DNA of 64,000 bases from Phycisphaeraceae bacterium (lineage in GTDB: Bacteria > Planctomycetota > Phycisphaerae > Phycisphaerales > Phycisphaeraceae), in assembly GCA_963674705.1 (NCBI GenBank), contig OY771506.1, positions 640,001 through 704,000 on the forward strand. Direction: 5' to 3'. Made by a program: the position numbers and the translations under genes. Positions 49,811 to 59,071 of this stretch are shown here, piece after piece. The stretch's first letter is position 1, and each line of letters begins with the position of its first letter. The notes beneath the pieces were generated by a model. That model was not told where the DNA came from, did no database searches, and worked only from the letters and a program-made list of their open reading frames with translations.

Positions 49811-51424
49811 ATGAAAAACATTTGCCTGTTGTTCACCGCCCTGACCGTACTCGCTGGGTCGACCGTGTCTACTTCCGCTGCCATACAGACATTCACGCCC
49901 GATGACGGACGCCTGTTCGCCAATCCCGAGCGCGGGATGTACTACCACGTCGGCTCAACCTCAGAGCAGGATGTGATCCAGCCGTGGATGTTCAATGTCA
50001 TGGAAAACAGCAACATGACCTTGATGCTCCGGCTGTACTATCTCGAAGACTTCAAGAACCAGCCGTTAAGCCAGACACAACTGGACATCATCAGCAACGA
50101 CTTCGCACAGATGCGCCAGGCGGGCGTCAAGACGATCCTGCGCTTCGCCTATAGCAACGACATCGGCGTATCGGATGCGCCCTTGAGCGTCGTACTCAAC
50201 CACATGGACCAGCTCGCACCGATCATTCAGGCTAATGCCGATGTCATCGCGACCGCGCAGGCGGGCTTCATCGGCGCATGGGGTGAATGGCATTCCTCAA
50301 CCAACAACCTCACCGACCCCGCCAACGCACGACAGATCACGGATAAATGGCTTGATATCCTCCCGCCGGAAAGAACCATCCAGATCCGCACACCCGCGTT
50401 AAAACAAATGATTACGCAGAACACCGCCGCTCTGACCTCCGGCGAAGCGTTCACCGATACCGCCAAAGCCCGCATCGGCCACCACAACGACTGCTTCCTG
50501 GCAAGCGAAACCGACTTCGGCACGTATACCAACCCCGTAGCCGACAAGGCTTGGCTCAACCTCGAAACACAGTTCCTCCCGATGGGCGGCGAAACCTGCG
50601 CCACCAGCTCCCGTTCCGGCTGCGACATCGCACGCGTCGAAATGGCGCAGCTTCACTTCAGCTACCTCAATAGCGGCTACCACCCGGACGTCCTCGCCGA
50701 CTGGGAATCGGACGGCTTCCTCGACGAGGTAAAACAAAAACTCGGCTACCGGTTCGAGCTTGTCTTGGCTGAATACGAACCGGCCGCAACAACAGGCTCG
50801 CAATTGCCCATCTCGCTCGACCTTGTGAACACCGGCTGGGCATCCCCCTACAACCCGCGCGACGTCGTCCTCACGCTCCAATCGCTCGACGGCCTGACCG
50901 AATACGCATTCTCGCTCGATGAAGACCCACGCACATGGCTGCCCGACAGCACCATCAACATCAACGCCATGCTCGACCTGCCCGCCGACATGCCCGAAGG
51001 AAACTACCACCTGCTGTTCTCTTTACCCGACCCCATGGCGGCTATCAATCACCGCCCCGAATACGCGATCCAACTGGCAAACCCCGGCCTGTGGGACGCA
51101 GCCACCGGCAAACACGACCTCGGCATCACCATCGCCATCACAACCGCTCTCCAAGGCGACCTCAACGCCGACGGCTTCGTCGGACTCGATGACCTGGACA
51201 TCATCCTCAGCGCATGGAACCAGAACGTCACTGCCGGCGACACGGCCGCAGGCGATCCTTCCGGCGACGGCTTCGTCGGCCTCGACGATCTGGATGTCGT
51301 CTTGAACAACTGGAACGCCGGCAACCCACCGGGCAGCAGCGTGCCTGAGCCGGGCGCAATCCTGATCGCGGGTTCACTTGTATCGGTCTTGATTCAACGA
51401 AGACCGTCGTCTGCATGCGGATAA
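49811..51424 (+). CDS. DUF4832/DUF4874-like protein with dockerin-like repeats and PEP-CTERM
   Basis: ANPERG, GFIGAWGEWH, RIGHHNDCFL, PMGGETC, KLGYRF; VPEPG tail. Confidence 0.8.
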   Translation: MKNICLLFTALTVLAGSTVSTSAAIQTFTPDDGRLFANPERGMYYHVGSTSEQDVIQPWMFNVMENSNMTLMLRLYYLEDFKNQPLSQTQLDIISNDFAQMRQAGVKTILRFAYSNDIGVSDAPLSVVLNHMDQLAPIIQANADVIATAQAGFIGAWGEWHSSTNNLTDPANARQITDKWLDILPPERTIQIRTPALKQMITQNTAALTSGEAFTDTAKARIGHHNDCFLASETDFGTYTNPVADKAWLNLETQFLPMGGETCATSSRSGCDIARVEMAQLHFSYLNSGYHPDVLADWESDGFLDEVKQKLGYRFELVLAEYEPAATTGSQLPISLDLVNTGWASPYNPRDVVLTLQSLDGLTEYAFSLDEDPRTWLPDSTININAMLDLPADMPEGNYHLLFSLPDPMAAINHRPEYAIQLANPGLWDAATGKHDLGITIAITTALQGDLNADGFVGLDDLDIILSAWNQNVTAGDTAAGDPSGDGFVGLDDLDVVLNNWNAGNPPGSSVPEPGAILIAGSLVSVLIQRRPSSACG

Positions 51425-51615
51425 GCTCGCACATACTGTATTAACGAAGCAACTTAAGACAATTCAATCCGGGCGGTATCACATCAACAAGTCGCAACAA
51501 AGTTGTGCAAAAAGCCCACAAACATCCTCGACTGGCCCTCGGTCGCCGGGTATCCTCTTACGATAGTCGGCTTCATCTATCTCGCCGGCAAGGGCAATCG
51601 ATCAGGAGGCTCAAC

Positions 51616-52266
51616 ATGAAGGATCAGCGGGATACACCTGTTACCCCCGCAGGCGGCGGATTCTCAAGGCGTGGTTTTATCAAAGGCGTCGGCGGCGCAG
51701 TCGGTGTCGCAGCGCTCGGCACAGTCGCGCGCGGCCAGGATGAAAAAGAACCCACTGGCCCCATCAAACGCGGCGGACTCACCATCTACCCCGCCAAGGA
51801 CGTCGACATCACACTCAATATCAACGGCCAAGACACCAAGCTGCACGTGCTGCCATCCGCAACACTGCTTGAAGTCATCCGCGAACAAGCCGACCTCACC
51901 GGCAGCAAGGAAGTCTGCAGCCGAGGTGCTTGCGGCGCGTGTACCGTCCTGCTTGATGGCAAAAGCATCAATAGCTGCCTGACGCTCGCCGTCGACGCAG
52001 TCGGCAAAAAGATCAAGACCGTCGAAGGCCTTAGCGACGGCGACAAGCTCGATCCGGTGCAGCAGGCCTTCATCGACCACGACGCGTGCCAATGCGGTTA
52101 TTGCATCCCTGGCTTCGTCGTGCGTTCCCGTGCGTTGCTCGATGAATTCCCGAACGCCGATAGCCAGCAAATCCGCGAAGGCTTAAGCGGCAACATCTGC
52201 CGATGCGCTGCATACGTCCGCATCTTCGAAGCGGTTGGATCGGCCGCGAAGGGAGGTGGCGCATGA
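51616..52266 (+). CDS. (2Fe-2S) subunit of xanthine-dehydrogenase-family aldehyde oxidoreductase (PaoA/YagT-like), Tat signal
   Basis: FSRRGFIKG Tat motif; CSRGACGACTV, CQCGYC, GNICRC. Confidence 0.9.
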   Translation: MKDQRDTPVTPAGGGFSRRGFIKGVGGAVGVAALGTVARGQDEKEPTGPIKRGGLTIYPAKDVDITLNINGQDTKLHVLPSATLLEVIREQADLTGSKEVCSRGACGACTVLLDGKSINSCLTLAVDAVGKKIKTVEGLSDGDKLDPVQQAFIDHDACQCGYCIPGFVVRSRALLDEFPNADSQQIREGLSGNICRCAAYVRIFEAVGSAAKGGGA

Positions 52267-54338
52267 GCTACCGCGAAGACAATCACGTCGCCTACGAAAA
52301 CGAAGCCGTCCGCCTGGACATCCGTGAGAAAGTCACGGGTAAGGCGAAGTACACCACGGACTACTACCCTAAAGATATGCTCTGGGCCGGCTACATCCGC
52401 TGCCCGTACGGCGTGGGGCAGTTGCGATCCTTCGACAAAGACGCAGCACTCAAAGTGCCGGGCGTGCTTGAAGTCGAAATAACGAAGCGAGAAGGCGCCT
52501 ATGCAGGCGACCGCATGGGTCACATCTGCGCCGAATCCCGACAAGCCTACGAAGCGGGCTTAGCGGCGCTGAACGCACAATTCCGCTCGGGTTTTGCCAA
52601 GACAGACCCGAAGATGGAAATGACCCCGCTCGATCAAATCCAGCAACCCGACAATCTGCCGCAAGCAAACAAGGTCCTCGAAGACGCCGCCGTCGTCGTC
52701 GAAGCAACCTACCAGACGCAGGTGCAGACCCACTGCTGCCTCGAGCCGCACATCGGCATGGTCGACTTCAAGGGCGATCACGCCACCGCATGGGGCTCGA
52801 CGCAAGGCACGTTCTCGTTCCGCAACGATCTTGCAGGCACGCTCGGGCTGAACAACAGCGATGTCGAGTTCCACTGCGAATACATCGGCGGCGGGTTCGG
52901 CAGCAAGTTTGGCGCAGGCGCTGAAGGCACACTCGCCGCACAGATGAGCAAAAAGTACAAACGACCCTGCCGCGTCGGGCTATCACGCAAAGAAGAGCAA
53001 CTCGACTCCGGCAACCGCCCCGGCAGCATCCAGATGGCAAAGATCGGTGCAACCAAGGACGGCAAACTCCTCGGCGGCCGCGTTCACATCGCGGGTGTCG
53101 TCGGCCCTACGGGCGGCGGCGGCGGCGCACGCAACCCATCGCGGTACAACTTCGGCACCGTCGCCACGACCCATGAGGATGTGCACCTCAACGCCGGCTA
53201 CCCACGAGCCATGCGCGCACCGGGCCACCCGCAAGGCGTGTTCGGCGTCGAAATGATGATGGAAGAGCTGGCCGCCAAACTCGGTATGGACCCCCTCGAA
53301 TTCCGACTCAAAAACGATCCACACGAAAACCGCCGAGAGATGCTAAAGGTCGGCGCGGAAATGATCGGCTGGAACCGTCGCAAACCGAATGGTTCAAGCG
53401 AAGGCCCGATCAAGCGCGGGCTCGGCGTCGCCGTCGCGGACTGGGGCAACGGGCCCGGTGGCGCAACCGTCACTGTCGAAGTCTACCCGGATGGCACAGT
53501 CGTCGCCCTCTCCGGCAGCCAGGACATCGGCACCGGCTTCCGCACCATGCTCGGCGACTGCGTGCTGCATCAGATGGGCCTGCCTCGCAAATTCCTGAAA
53601 GTCAAAGTCGGCAACAGCACACTCCCGCCCGGCCCCGCAAGCGGCGGCTCCGTCACCAGCCGATTCGTCGCGCCAAAAGCGCTCGGCGCAGCCGACCAGG
53701 CCAGACAGGCAATCCTCAAACTCGTCGCACAGGAATGGCAGACCGATGCGGCCGGCCTCTCCATCGCCGACGGCGTTATCCGTAACGGCTCGCGCGAAAT
53801 GGCTTGGCAACAAGCATGCCGACTCATCACCGATGATCGCTTGACTTTCAGTTCATCCGAAGATGGCGCGTTCCGCACCCGCCCGACGGATAGCGACGCC
53901 GTCCAATTCGTTGAAGTCGAGGTCGATACCGAAACCGGCATCGTCCGCGTGATCAAGGTCGTCGCCCTTCAGGATGTGGGCCAGCCGGTCAATCGACACA
54001 CGGTCGAAAACCAGATCACCGGCGCGGTCATCCAAGGCCTGAGCTTCGCACTTTTTGAAGACCGCACGCTCGACCCAACGCTCGGCGCGATGGTGAACGC
54101 GGATATGGAGTACTACAAGATCGCCGGACCCGCCGATGTGCCCAAGATCGTGCCCGTGTTGTGGATCTCGCGTGATGATGTCTCGGTCAACAGCCTGGGC
54201 GAACCGCCTGTCATCCCGACGCCCGGCGCAATCGGTTGTGCGGTGTTTAACGCGATCGGCGCACCGGTGCGTCAGATGCCGATCACGCCGGCCCGTGTGC
54301 TTGAAGCAATCGCCGGTATGGAAGGAGGCCGGGCATGA
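52263..54338 (+). CDS. Molybdopterin-binding subunit, xanthine dehydrogenase family
   Basis: EKVTGKAKY, LEPH, IGGGFGSK, AMRAPGHPQG, QDIGTG, LGEPP; ATGA overlap with the upstream gene. Confidence 0.92.
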   Translation: MSYREDNHVAYENEAVRLDIREKVTGKAKYTTDYYPKDMLWAGYIRCPYGVGQLRSFDKDAALKVPGVLEVEITKREGAYAGDRMGHICAESRQAYEAGLAALNAQFRSGFAKTDPKMEMTPLDQIQQPDNLPQANKVLEDAAVVVEATYQTQVQTHCCLEPHIGMVDFKGDHATAWGSTQGTFSFRNDLAGTLGLNNSDVEFHCEYIGGGFGSKFGAGAEGTLAAQMSKKYKRPCRVGLSRKEEQLDSGNRPGSIQMAKIGATKDGKLLGGRVHIAGVVGPTGGGGGARNPSRYNFGTVATTHEDVHLNAGYPRAMRAPGHPQGVFGVEMMMEELAAKLGMDPLEFRLKNDPHENRREMLKVGAEMIGWNRRKPNGSSEGPIKRGLGVAVADWGNGPGGATVTVEVYPDGTVVALSGSQDIGTGFRTMLGDCVLHQMGLPRKFLKVKVGNSTLPPGPASGGSVTSRFVAPKALGAADQARQAILKLVAQEWQTDAAGLSIADGVIRNGSREMAWQQACRLITDDRLTFSSSEDGAFRTRPTDSDAVQFVEVEVDTETGIVRVIKVVALQDVGQPVNRHTVENQITGAVIQGLSFALFEDRTLDPTLGAMVNADMEYYKIAGPADVPKIVPVLWISRDDVSVNSLGEPPVIPTPGAIGCAVFNAIGAPVRQMPITPARVLEAIAGMEGGRA

Positions 54339-55291
54339 AACCATTTACTTACGAAGTCGCAGACGATCTGGATAGCGCTCTGACCGTCCTCAACAACCAG
54401 CGCACGCTCAAGGCAGGCGGGCTCGACCTGGTCGACCGCATGAAAGAACGTATCGAACTGCCCGACACGATCGTCTCGATCGGTGGCATCGATGCGCTTC
54501 GCTACATCAAGGAAGATGGCAACACGATCCGCATCGGTTGCCTTTCAACGCTCGCCGACATCGGGCGCAGCAAGATGCTGGCCGAACGCTTCCCCGCGTT
54601 TCACGAATCCGCCGGCGGCGCAGCTACGCCGCAGGTACGCGAGCAAGCCACGCTCGGCGGCAACCTCTGCCAGCGCCCGCGCTGCTGGTACTTCCGCAGC
54701 ATCGACTTCGATTGCCTGAAAAAAGGCGGCGGCACGTGCTACGCCATCGAAGGGGAAAACCGTTACCACGCCGTGATCGGCGGCGGCCCTTGTCACATCG
54801 TTCACCCGTCCAACTGCGCCCCGCCGTTGGTCGCGGCCGATGCCGAATTTGTTATTAAAAGCGCCAAGGGCGAACGCACCGTCAAAGCTGCCGACTTCTT
54901 CAAGCTCCCGCGCGAATCCATGTACGCGGAGAACCAGCTCGAAGAAGGCGAAGTCCTTGCCGAAGTCGTCATCCCCAACGTGCCGACGCATAGCGCAAGC
55001 GTGGAGCTGCGCGAAAAACAATCATTCGACTGGCCCATGGCGATGGCGTCCGCCGCAAAAGTCAACGGCCAATGGCGCATCTGCCTCGGCGCCGTCGCGC
55101 CGATCCCCTGGCTCAGTCAGCCCGCTATGAACGTGGTCGGCTCATCCGACATCACGTCCGAGCTTGCGGCCAAAGCAGGCGAAGCTGCCGCTGAAGAAGC
55201 TGAGCCGATGGCGCAAAATGCATACAAAGTCCAACTGATTAAGGTTGCGGTAAAACGTGCGCTGCTCATCGCATCAGGTAAACAAGTGTAA
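54335..55291 (+). CDS. FAD-binding subunit with [4Fe-4S] insertion (PaoB/YagS-like)
   Basis: AGGLDL, ATPQVR, GGNLCQRPRCWYFR...CLKKGGGTC, LGAVAPIPW, NAYK. Confidence 0.9.
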   Translation: MKPFTYEVADDLDSALTVLNNQRTLKAGGLDLVDRMKERIELPDTIVSIGGIDALRYIKEDGNTIRIGCLSTLADIGRSKMLAERFPAFHESAGGAATPQVREQATLGGNLCQRPRCWYFRSIDFDCLKKGGGTCYAIEGENRYHAVIGGGPCHIVHPSNCAPPLVAADAEFVIKSAKGERTVKAADFFKLPRESMYAENQLEEGEVLAEVVIPNVPTHSASVELREKQSFDWPMAMASAAKVNGQWRICLGAVAPIPWLSQPAMNVVGSSDITSELAAKAGEAAAEEAEPMAQNAYKVQLIKVAVKRALLIASGKQV

Positions 55292-55305
55292 GAAGAAGAA
55301 GAACG

Positions 55306-55404
55306 TTCACCGCGGAGGACGCAGAGATCGCAGAGATGAATTAAAGCAGATTAATCTCGATTCATTTGTTTTAACTCTGCGTCCTCTGCGCTCTCTGCGG
55401 TGAA
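55306..55404. repeat. Inverted-repeat element (REP/MITE-like)
   Basis: TTCACCGCGGAGGACGCAGAGATCGCAGAG, AT-rich spacer, CTCTGCGTCCTCTGCGCTCTCTGCGGTGAA. Confidence 0.75.
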
Positions 55405-55427
55405 TCCAAGTTTCAGGAGGCATCTAT

Positions 55428-55685
55428 ATGAAAATCATCCCAGGCGGCGTCGACATCTCCCCCGGCAATGACCCACTGAACCCCAGCAGCACCTCCCCTC
55501 TGCCCTGCTGCGCCAAGCTGTGCTGCAAAACCATGTACTACCGACCCGACGAAAGGCCCGGCAAACTCCACGAGTCCGACACCGCTATCCACTGGTGCAG
55601 CCTGACCCAACAACCCGTCGGCCCGGACAACCAGGAAGCCAAACCAAGCCTGTGCCAGGCCGGGCGCGGGTGTTTTTGCTTATAA
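55428..55685 (+). CDS. Small Cys-rich hypothetical protein
   Basis: CAGGAGG RBS; 85 aa with 8 Cys (CCAKLCCKTMY...WCSLT...GPD...C...RGCFC). Confidence 0.65.
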   Translation: MKIIPGGVDISPGNDPLNPSSTSPLPCCAKLCCKTMYYRPDERPGKLHESDTAIHWCSLTQQPVGPDNQEAKPSLCQAGRGCFCL

Positions 55686-55739
55686 AAAGCATTTGATAAC
55701 CGCGAAGGCGCGAAGCGATTGCGAAGTTATGATAGGTTG

Positions 55740-56750
55740 ATGGTTAGACAAAACGTACATGGGTTCCTGCTAATCGTATTGTTCTTGGTGTCGGCAAACG
55801 TCATGGCTGAAAACGATAACGCTTTGACCTTCACCAATCCCATCGCCGCGCGCGGGCAGGACCCGTGGGTTGTCCAGCATGACGGTTTGTTCTACTACTG
55901 CTACTCCGCCGGCGGGAAAATCGGCATCCGTGTTTCCGATCGGCTCGAGAAGATCGGTGACGGCGAAGAACACATCGCGTGGCGTCCTCCAGAAGATAAA
56001 CCTTATTCAAAAGAGATCTGGGCGCCGGAGTTGCATCACATCGACAGCCGATGGTACATCTACTTCGCGGCCGACGACGGCAAAAACCACAATCACCGTA
56101 TGTACGTCCTGCAAAGCGAGGCCGACGACCCGCTCGGGCCTTATGTGTTCGTCGGCAAGGTCTCGGACGACACCAACAAATGGGCGATCGACGGCACGGT
56201 GCTGCAACTCAACGGCAAGCTGTACTTCATCTGGTCCGGTTGGCCCGGTGATGTGAATGTCGTGCAGAACCTTTACATCGCACCGATGAGCGACCCCGCC
56301 ACCATCTCCGGCAAGCGCGCACTCATCAGTGAACCAACACACGACTGGGAACGCATCGGCGATCCGAAAGTCAACGAGGGCCCCGAGGTCTTAACACGCG
56401 GCGACAAGGTCCACATCATTTATTCAGCAAGTGGAAGCTGGACCGACGACTACTGCCTTGGTCGAATTACTCTTACCGGCAACGATGACCCGATGGACCC
56501 GGCCTCATGGGTCAAGCACGACCAACCGGTTTTCAAACGCACCGCACACGTCTTTGGCCCCGGCCACGCCAGTTTCGTGCATCTCGAAAACGCCACGGGC
56601 CCAAAGGATTGGATCATCTACCACGCCGCACAGCACCAAGGCGCCGGCTGGAAACGTGATGTACGCTTGCAGCCCTTTACATGGGACGCCCATGATAACC
56701 CCCTCTTCGGCGAACCAGTAAAACCCGGCATGCCGATCGTTCTGCCGTAA
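55740..56750 (+). CDS. Secreted GH43 glycoside hydrolase (arabinofuranosidase-like)
   Basis: QDPWV, IWAPELH, WAIDG, VNEGP, GPGHASF, IIYHA. Confidence 0.92.
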   Translation: MVRQNVHGFLLIVLFLVSANVMAENDNALTFTNPIAARGQDPWVVQHDGLFYYCYSAGGKIGIRVSDRLEKIGDGEEHIAWRPPEDKPYSKEIWAPELHHIDSRWYIYFAADDGKNHNHRMYVLQSEADDPLGPYVFVGKVSDDTNKWAIDGTVLQLNGKLYFIWSGWPGDVNVVQNLYIAPMSDPATISGKRALISEPTHDWERIGDPKVNEGPEVLTRGDKVHIIYSASGSWTDDYCLGRITLTGNDDPMDPASWVKHDQPVFKRTAHVFGPGHASFVHLENATGPKDWIIYHAAQHQGAGWKRDVRLQPFTWDAHDNPLFGEPVKPGMPIVLP

Positions 56751-56806
56751 AACGTCGTGTCCGCCTCACGCCCGGTGCAGACCCGAAGCCCTGTCGATTC
56801 CCGCTA

Positions 56807-56907
56807 AAGACATCTAATATAAGTTATATTAGATGTCTTATGGCTAGGTGCCTCACAACTGATGAGGCCGGGCTGATGCGTTTCGAGGGTTGACGAACCC
56901 GATCAGG
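56807..56907 (+). repeat. Perfect 33-bp palindrome plus ArsR-like remnant, copy 2
   Basis: AAGACATCTAATATAA-G-TTATATTAGATGTCTT (56807-56839), then sequence encoding DAFRGLTNPIRRKG*, homologous to copy 1. Confidence 0.85.
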
Positions 56908-57087
56908 CGGAAGGGTTAACGCTGCCGTACTCGGCACGTGTCTGCCGATCCCGCCGTGGTAGCGGGCCAAAGGTCTCCGGGATTTGATGCCCACGCCGAG
57001 TGAAGTGCACGAATCCCGGCGGCGACCTTGTCACTGCGCGATCAAGATGTGGCAACCATCATATAATGCGATTGAATCAGGTCCGCG

Positions 57088-58295
57088 CTAGCTGCTAGCG
57101 TCCAGTTTCGCAAGCGCTTCTTTCGCTTTACCACAGCATTCCTCGGCAGACTCGTACTCGGTTAATATTCTCTCGTAAGTTGCTCTCGCCTGATCGGATT
57201 GCCCGCGGCCTCATAATTTTGCGCCAGCGACAACAGTGCCTTCGCTTCGCTCTCGGCTTGAGCCACACGGATCTCAAGCATCTTCTGTTCGTCGCTTTCA
57301 AGCGCGGCGATGCGCAGCGCAGCGGTGTGGCCCGCCTCGGTCTCGGGAACGCGATCCAGCAACCAGTCGTAGAGCGTGTAGGCTTGGTAATACTTGCCCG
57401 CTTCTTCCATCTGCTGGGCCTGGGCGAGTTTGGACTCAACCAACCTGGGATGCACAGCCGCGCGCTGCGGGTCGGCGGCTACCGGCCCCTCGTTTTCAAC
57501 CGCCTCCGCCAAGGCCGCAAATCGTTCAGCCGCTTCGGGATTCGCCGCCTTTGCAGCCTCGATCGCCTCGACGGTTTCACCCTTCAATTCAAGCATCGCA
57601 AACAACACACGCGCGTTCGCCAGCACGCGCTTATCCGTCAGTAACTCCTCGGGCACCTCGCCGATCAATGTGAGCAACTGTTCGCCGTCGGCCTTATCGA
57701 GCATCGCCCGGGCTCGACGCAGCGACGTAACGACCTGGTCACGCAACTCATTCATGGATGGTGAATTGTCCGCTTCCTGCGGGGGCGAAGGCGGGTGATT
57801 CTTCAAGGCGTCCTGGAATGCTGAATCCATATTCGCAGGATGTCCTGCCCACAGCACTTCACCTTCAGGCGAGAGGATGAAGATGCGCGGGATGCCCTTA
57901 ACCCCCCAGGCCTTGGCCATGGTGTTGTTCCAGCCCTTGCCGTCAAAGTACTGCGGCCAAGGCATGTTCCGCTGTTTGATAAAGCTTTCCATCGATCGGC
58001 GGTTGGAGTCCAGGCTGACGCCGAGCACCTGCACGCCCTGCGACGCATACTCCTGGTTCAGCTTGATCATGTGCGGCATCGACTGAACACACGGCCCGCA
58101 CCACGTCGCCCAGAAGTCGATGATGACGATCCGGCCGCGCAACGCTTCGGAAGTCACGCGTGTGCCATCGGTCGCGGTGAAGTCGATGTTTGGCCGATCG
58201 CCGACAGAGACACCCGCCAGAGCCTGCGACACAAATACAAACAGACAAGCCACCCCGCCAAAATTGGCGGTCAATCTTTTCAGCGCGTAAATCAT
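57088..58295 (-). CDS. Secreted TlpA-like thiol-disulfide oxidoreductase with helical C-domain (apparent frameshift near 57196)
   Basis: IDFWATWCGPC, GVSLD, GIP. The called frame stops at 57162, but an alternate frame continues DQARATYERILTEY...AKEALAKLDASS*. Confidence 0.8.
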
Positions 58296-58323
58296 CACGA
58301 TTCCCCTTGGCGTTTGGACCCAA

Positions 58324-58869
58324 TTATTGAGCAACCGGCTCCGCTTCTTGCACATCATCCTCTGCTTCGCTCTTGCTGAGCATGTCGGTGACGGCTTTCT
58401 GCATCGCTTGTGCGGTTACGACTTCTTCAACGATCACACAATCCGCGCCGGCCTGCGAGCAGAGCATCCCCTTGCTGACGAAGTTCGTGCGGGCGGCGAT
58501 GAAGATATCCGGGTTGAGGCTGCGCGCGACCTTGCACGCCTGCACCGCGTCCTCCTCGTTGGGGACCGCTAAGATCAATACGTCCGCCCGATCGATGCCC
58601 GCACGCTTGAGCGTCTCCACCTCAAGCACGTTGCCGTAGATGACATTCTTGTTCAGGCCGAGTTGTTTCTCGATGGTGTCGAGATTGAGTTCGACGATTG
58701 TGACGTCAAGCCCCTGCCGTTCCAGCTCCAACGCCACCATCCGCCCCACCACGCCGAAGCCGACGACGATGGCGCGGTGATGGTTGGGTGTGATCCGTTC
58801 GTGATGTTGTCGTGATGTGTTACTCACGCTGGACCTCTCCGCCTGTCCCCGATGGATATCGAACGCCAC
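58324..58869 (-). CDS. Stand-alone TrkA-N/RCK NAD-binding domain protein
   Basis: AIVVGFGVVG, VIYGN, LKRAGIDRA, ARSLNP, AGADCVI. Confidence 0.82.
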   Translation of the reverse strand: MAFDIHRGQAERSSVSNTSRQHHERITPNHHRAIVVGFGVVGRMVALELERQGLDVTIVELNLDTIEKQLGLNKNVIYGNVLEVETLKRAGIDRADVLILAVPNEEDAVQACKVARSLNPDIFIAARTNFVSKGMLCSQAGADCVIVEEVVTAQAMQKAVTDMLSKSEAEDDVQEAEPVAQ

Positions 58870-59013
58870 GAGCTTATGGTAGGTATTCTAGCAGCCGTAA
58901 TACACCGTCGCCCGCTCTCAGTATAAGGGATGGCGGCATCCCCTGTTACTAAGTGTTCGGCCGGACACGGCACCCCCAACCGTTCAGCGGATTACGCATC
59001 GATACAGGCAAAT

Positions 59014-59044
59014 AAAAAACCGGCGGGATTAGCCGCCGGCTTTT
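59014..59044 (-). terminator. Intrinsic terminator (possibly bidirectional)
   Basis: AAAAAA-CCGGCGG-loop-CCGCCGG-CTTTT, downstream of the minus-strand PEP-CTERM gene. Confidence 0.75.
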
Positions 59045-59071
59045 GTGCGTTTGGTTTTTTGAACCGTAAAC

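Noticed and set aside
8461..51330. Dockerin-like repeats as diversity-generating retroelement template/variable regions or as proof of a cellulosome
   Set aside because: No reverse transcriptase; all copies are in-frame coding and differences look mostly synonymous; no cohesin scaffoldin seen
55306..55404. Inverted repeat as an active IS element or ncRNA
   Set aside because: No transposase, no evident target duplication, no recognisable RNA family features
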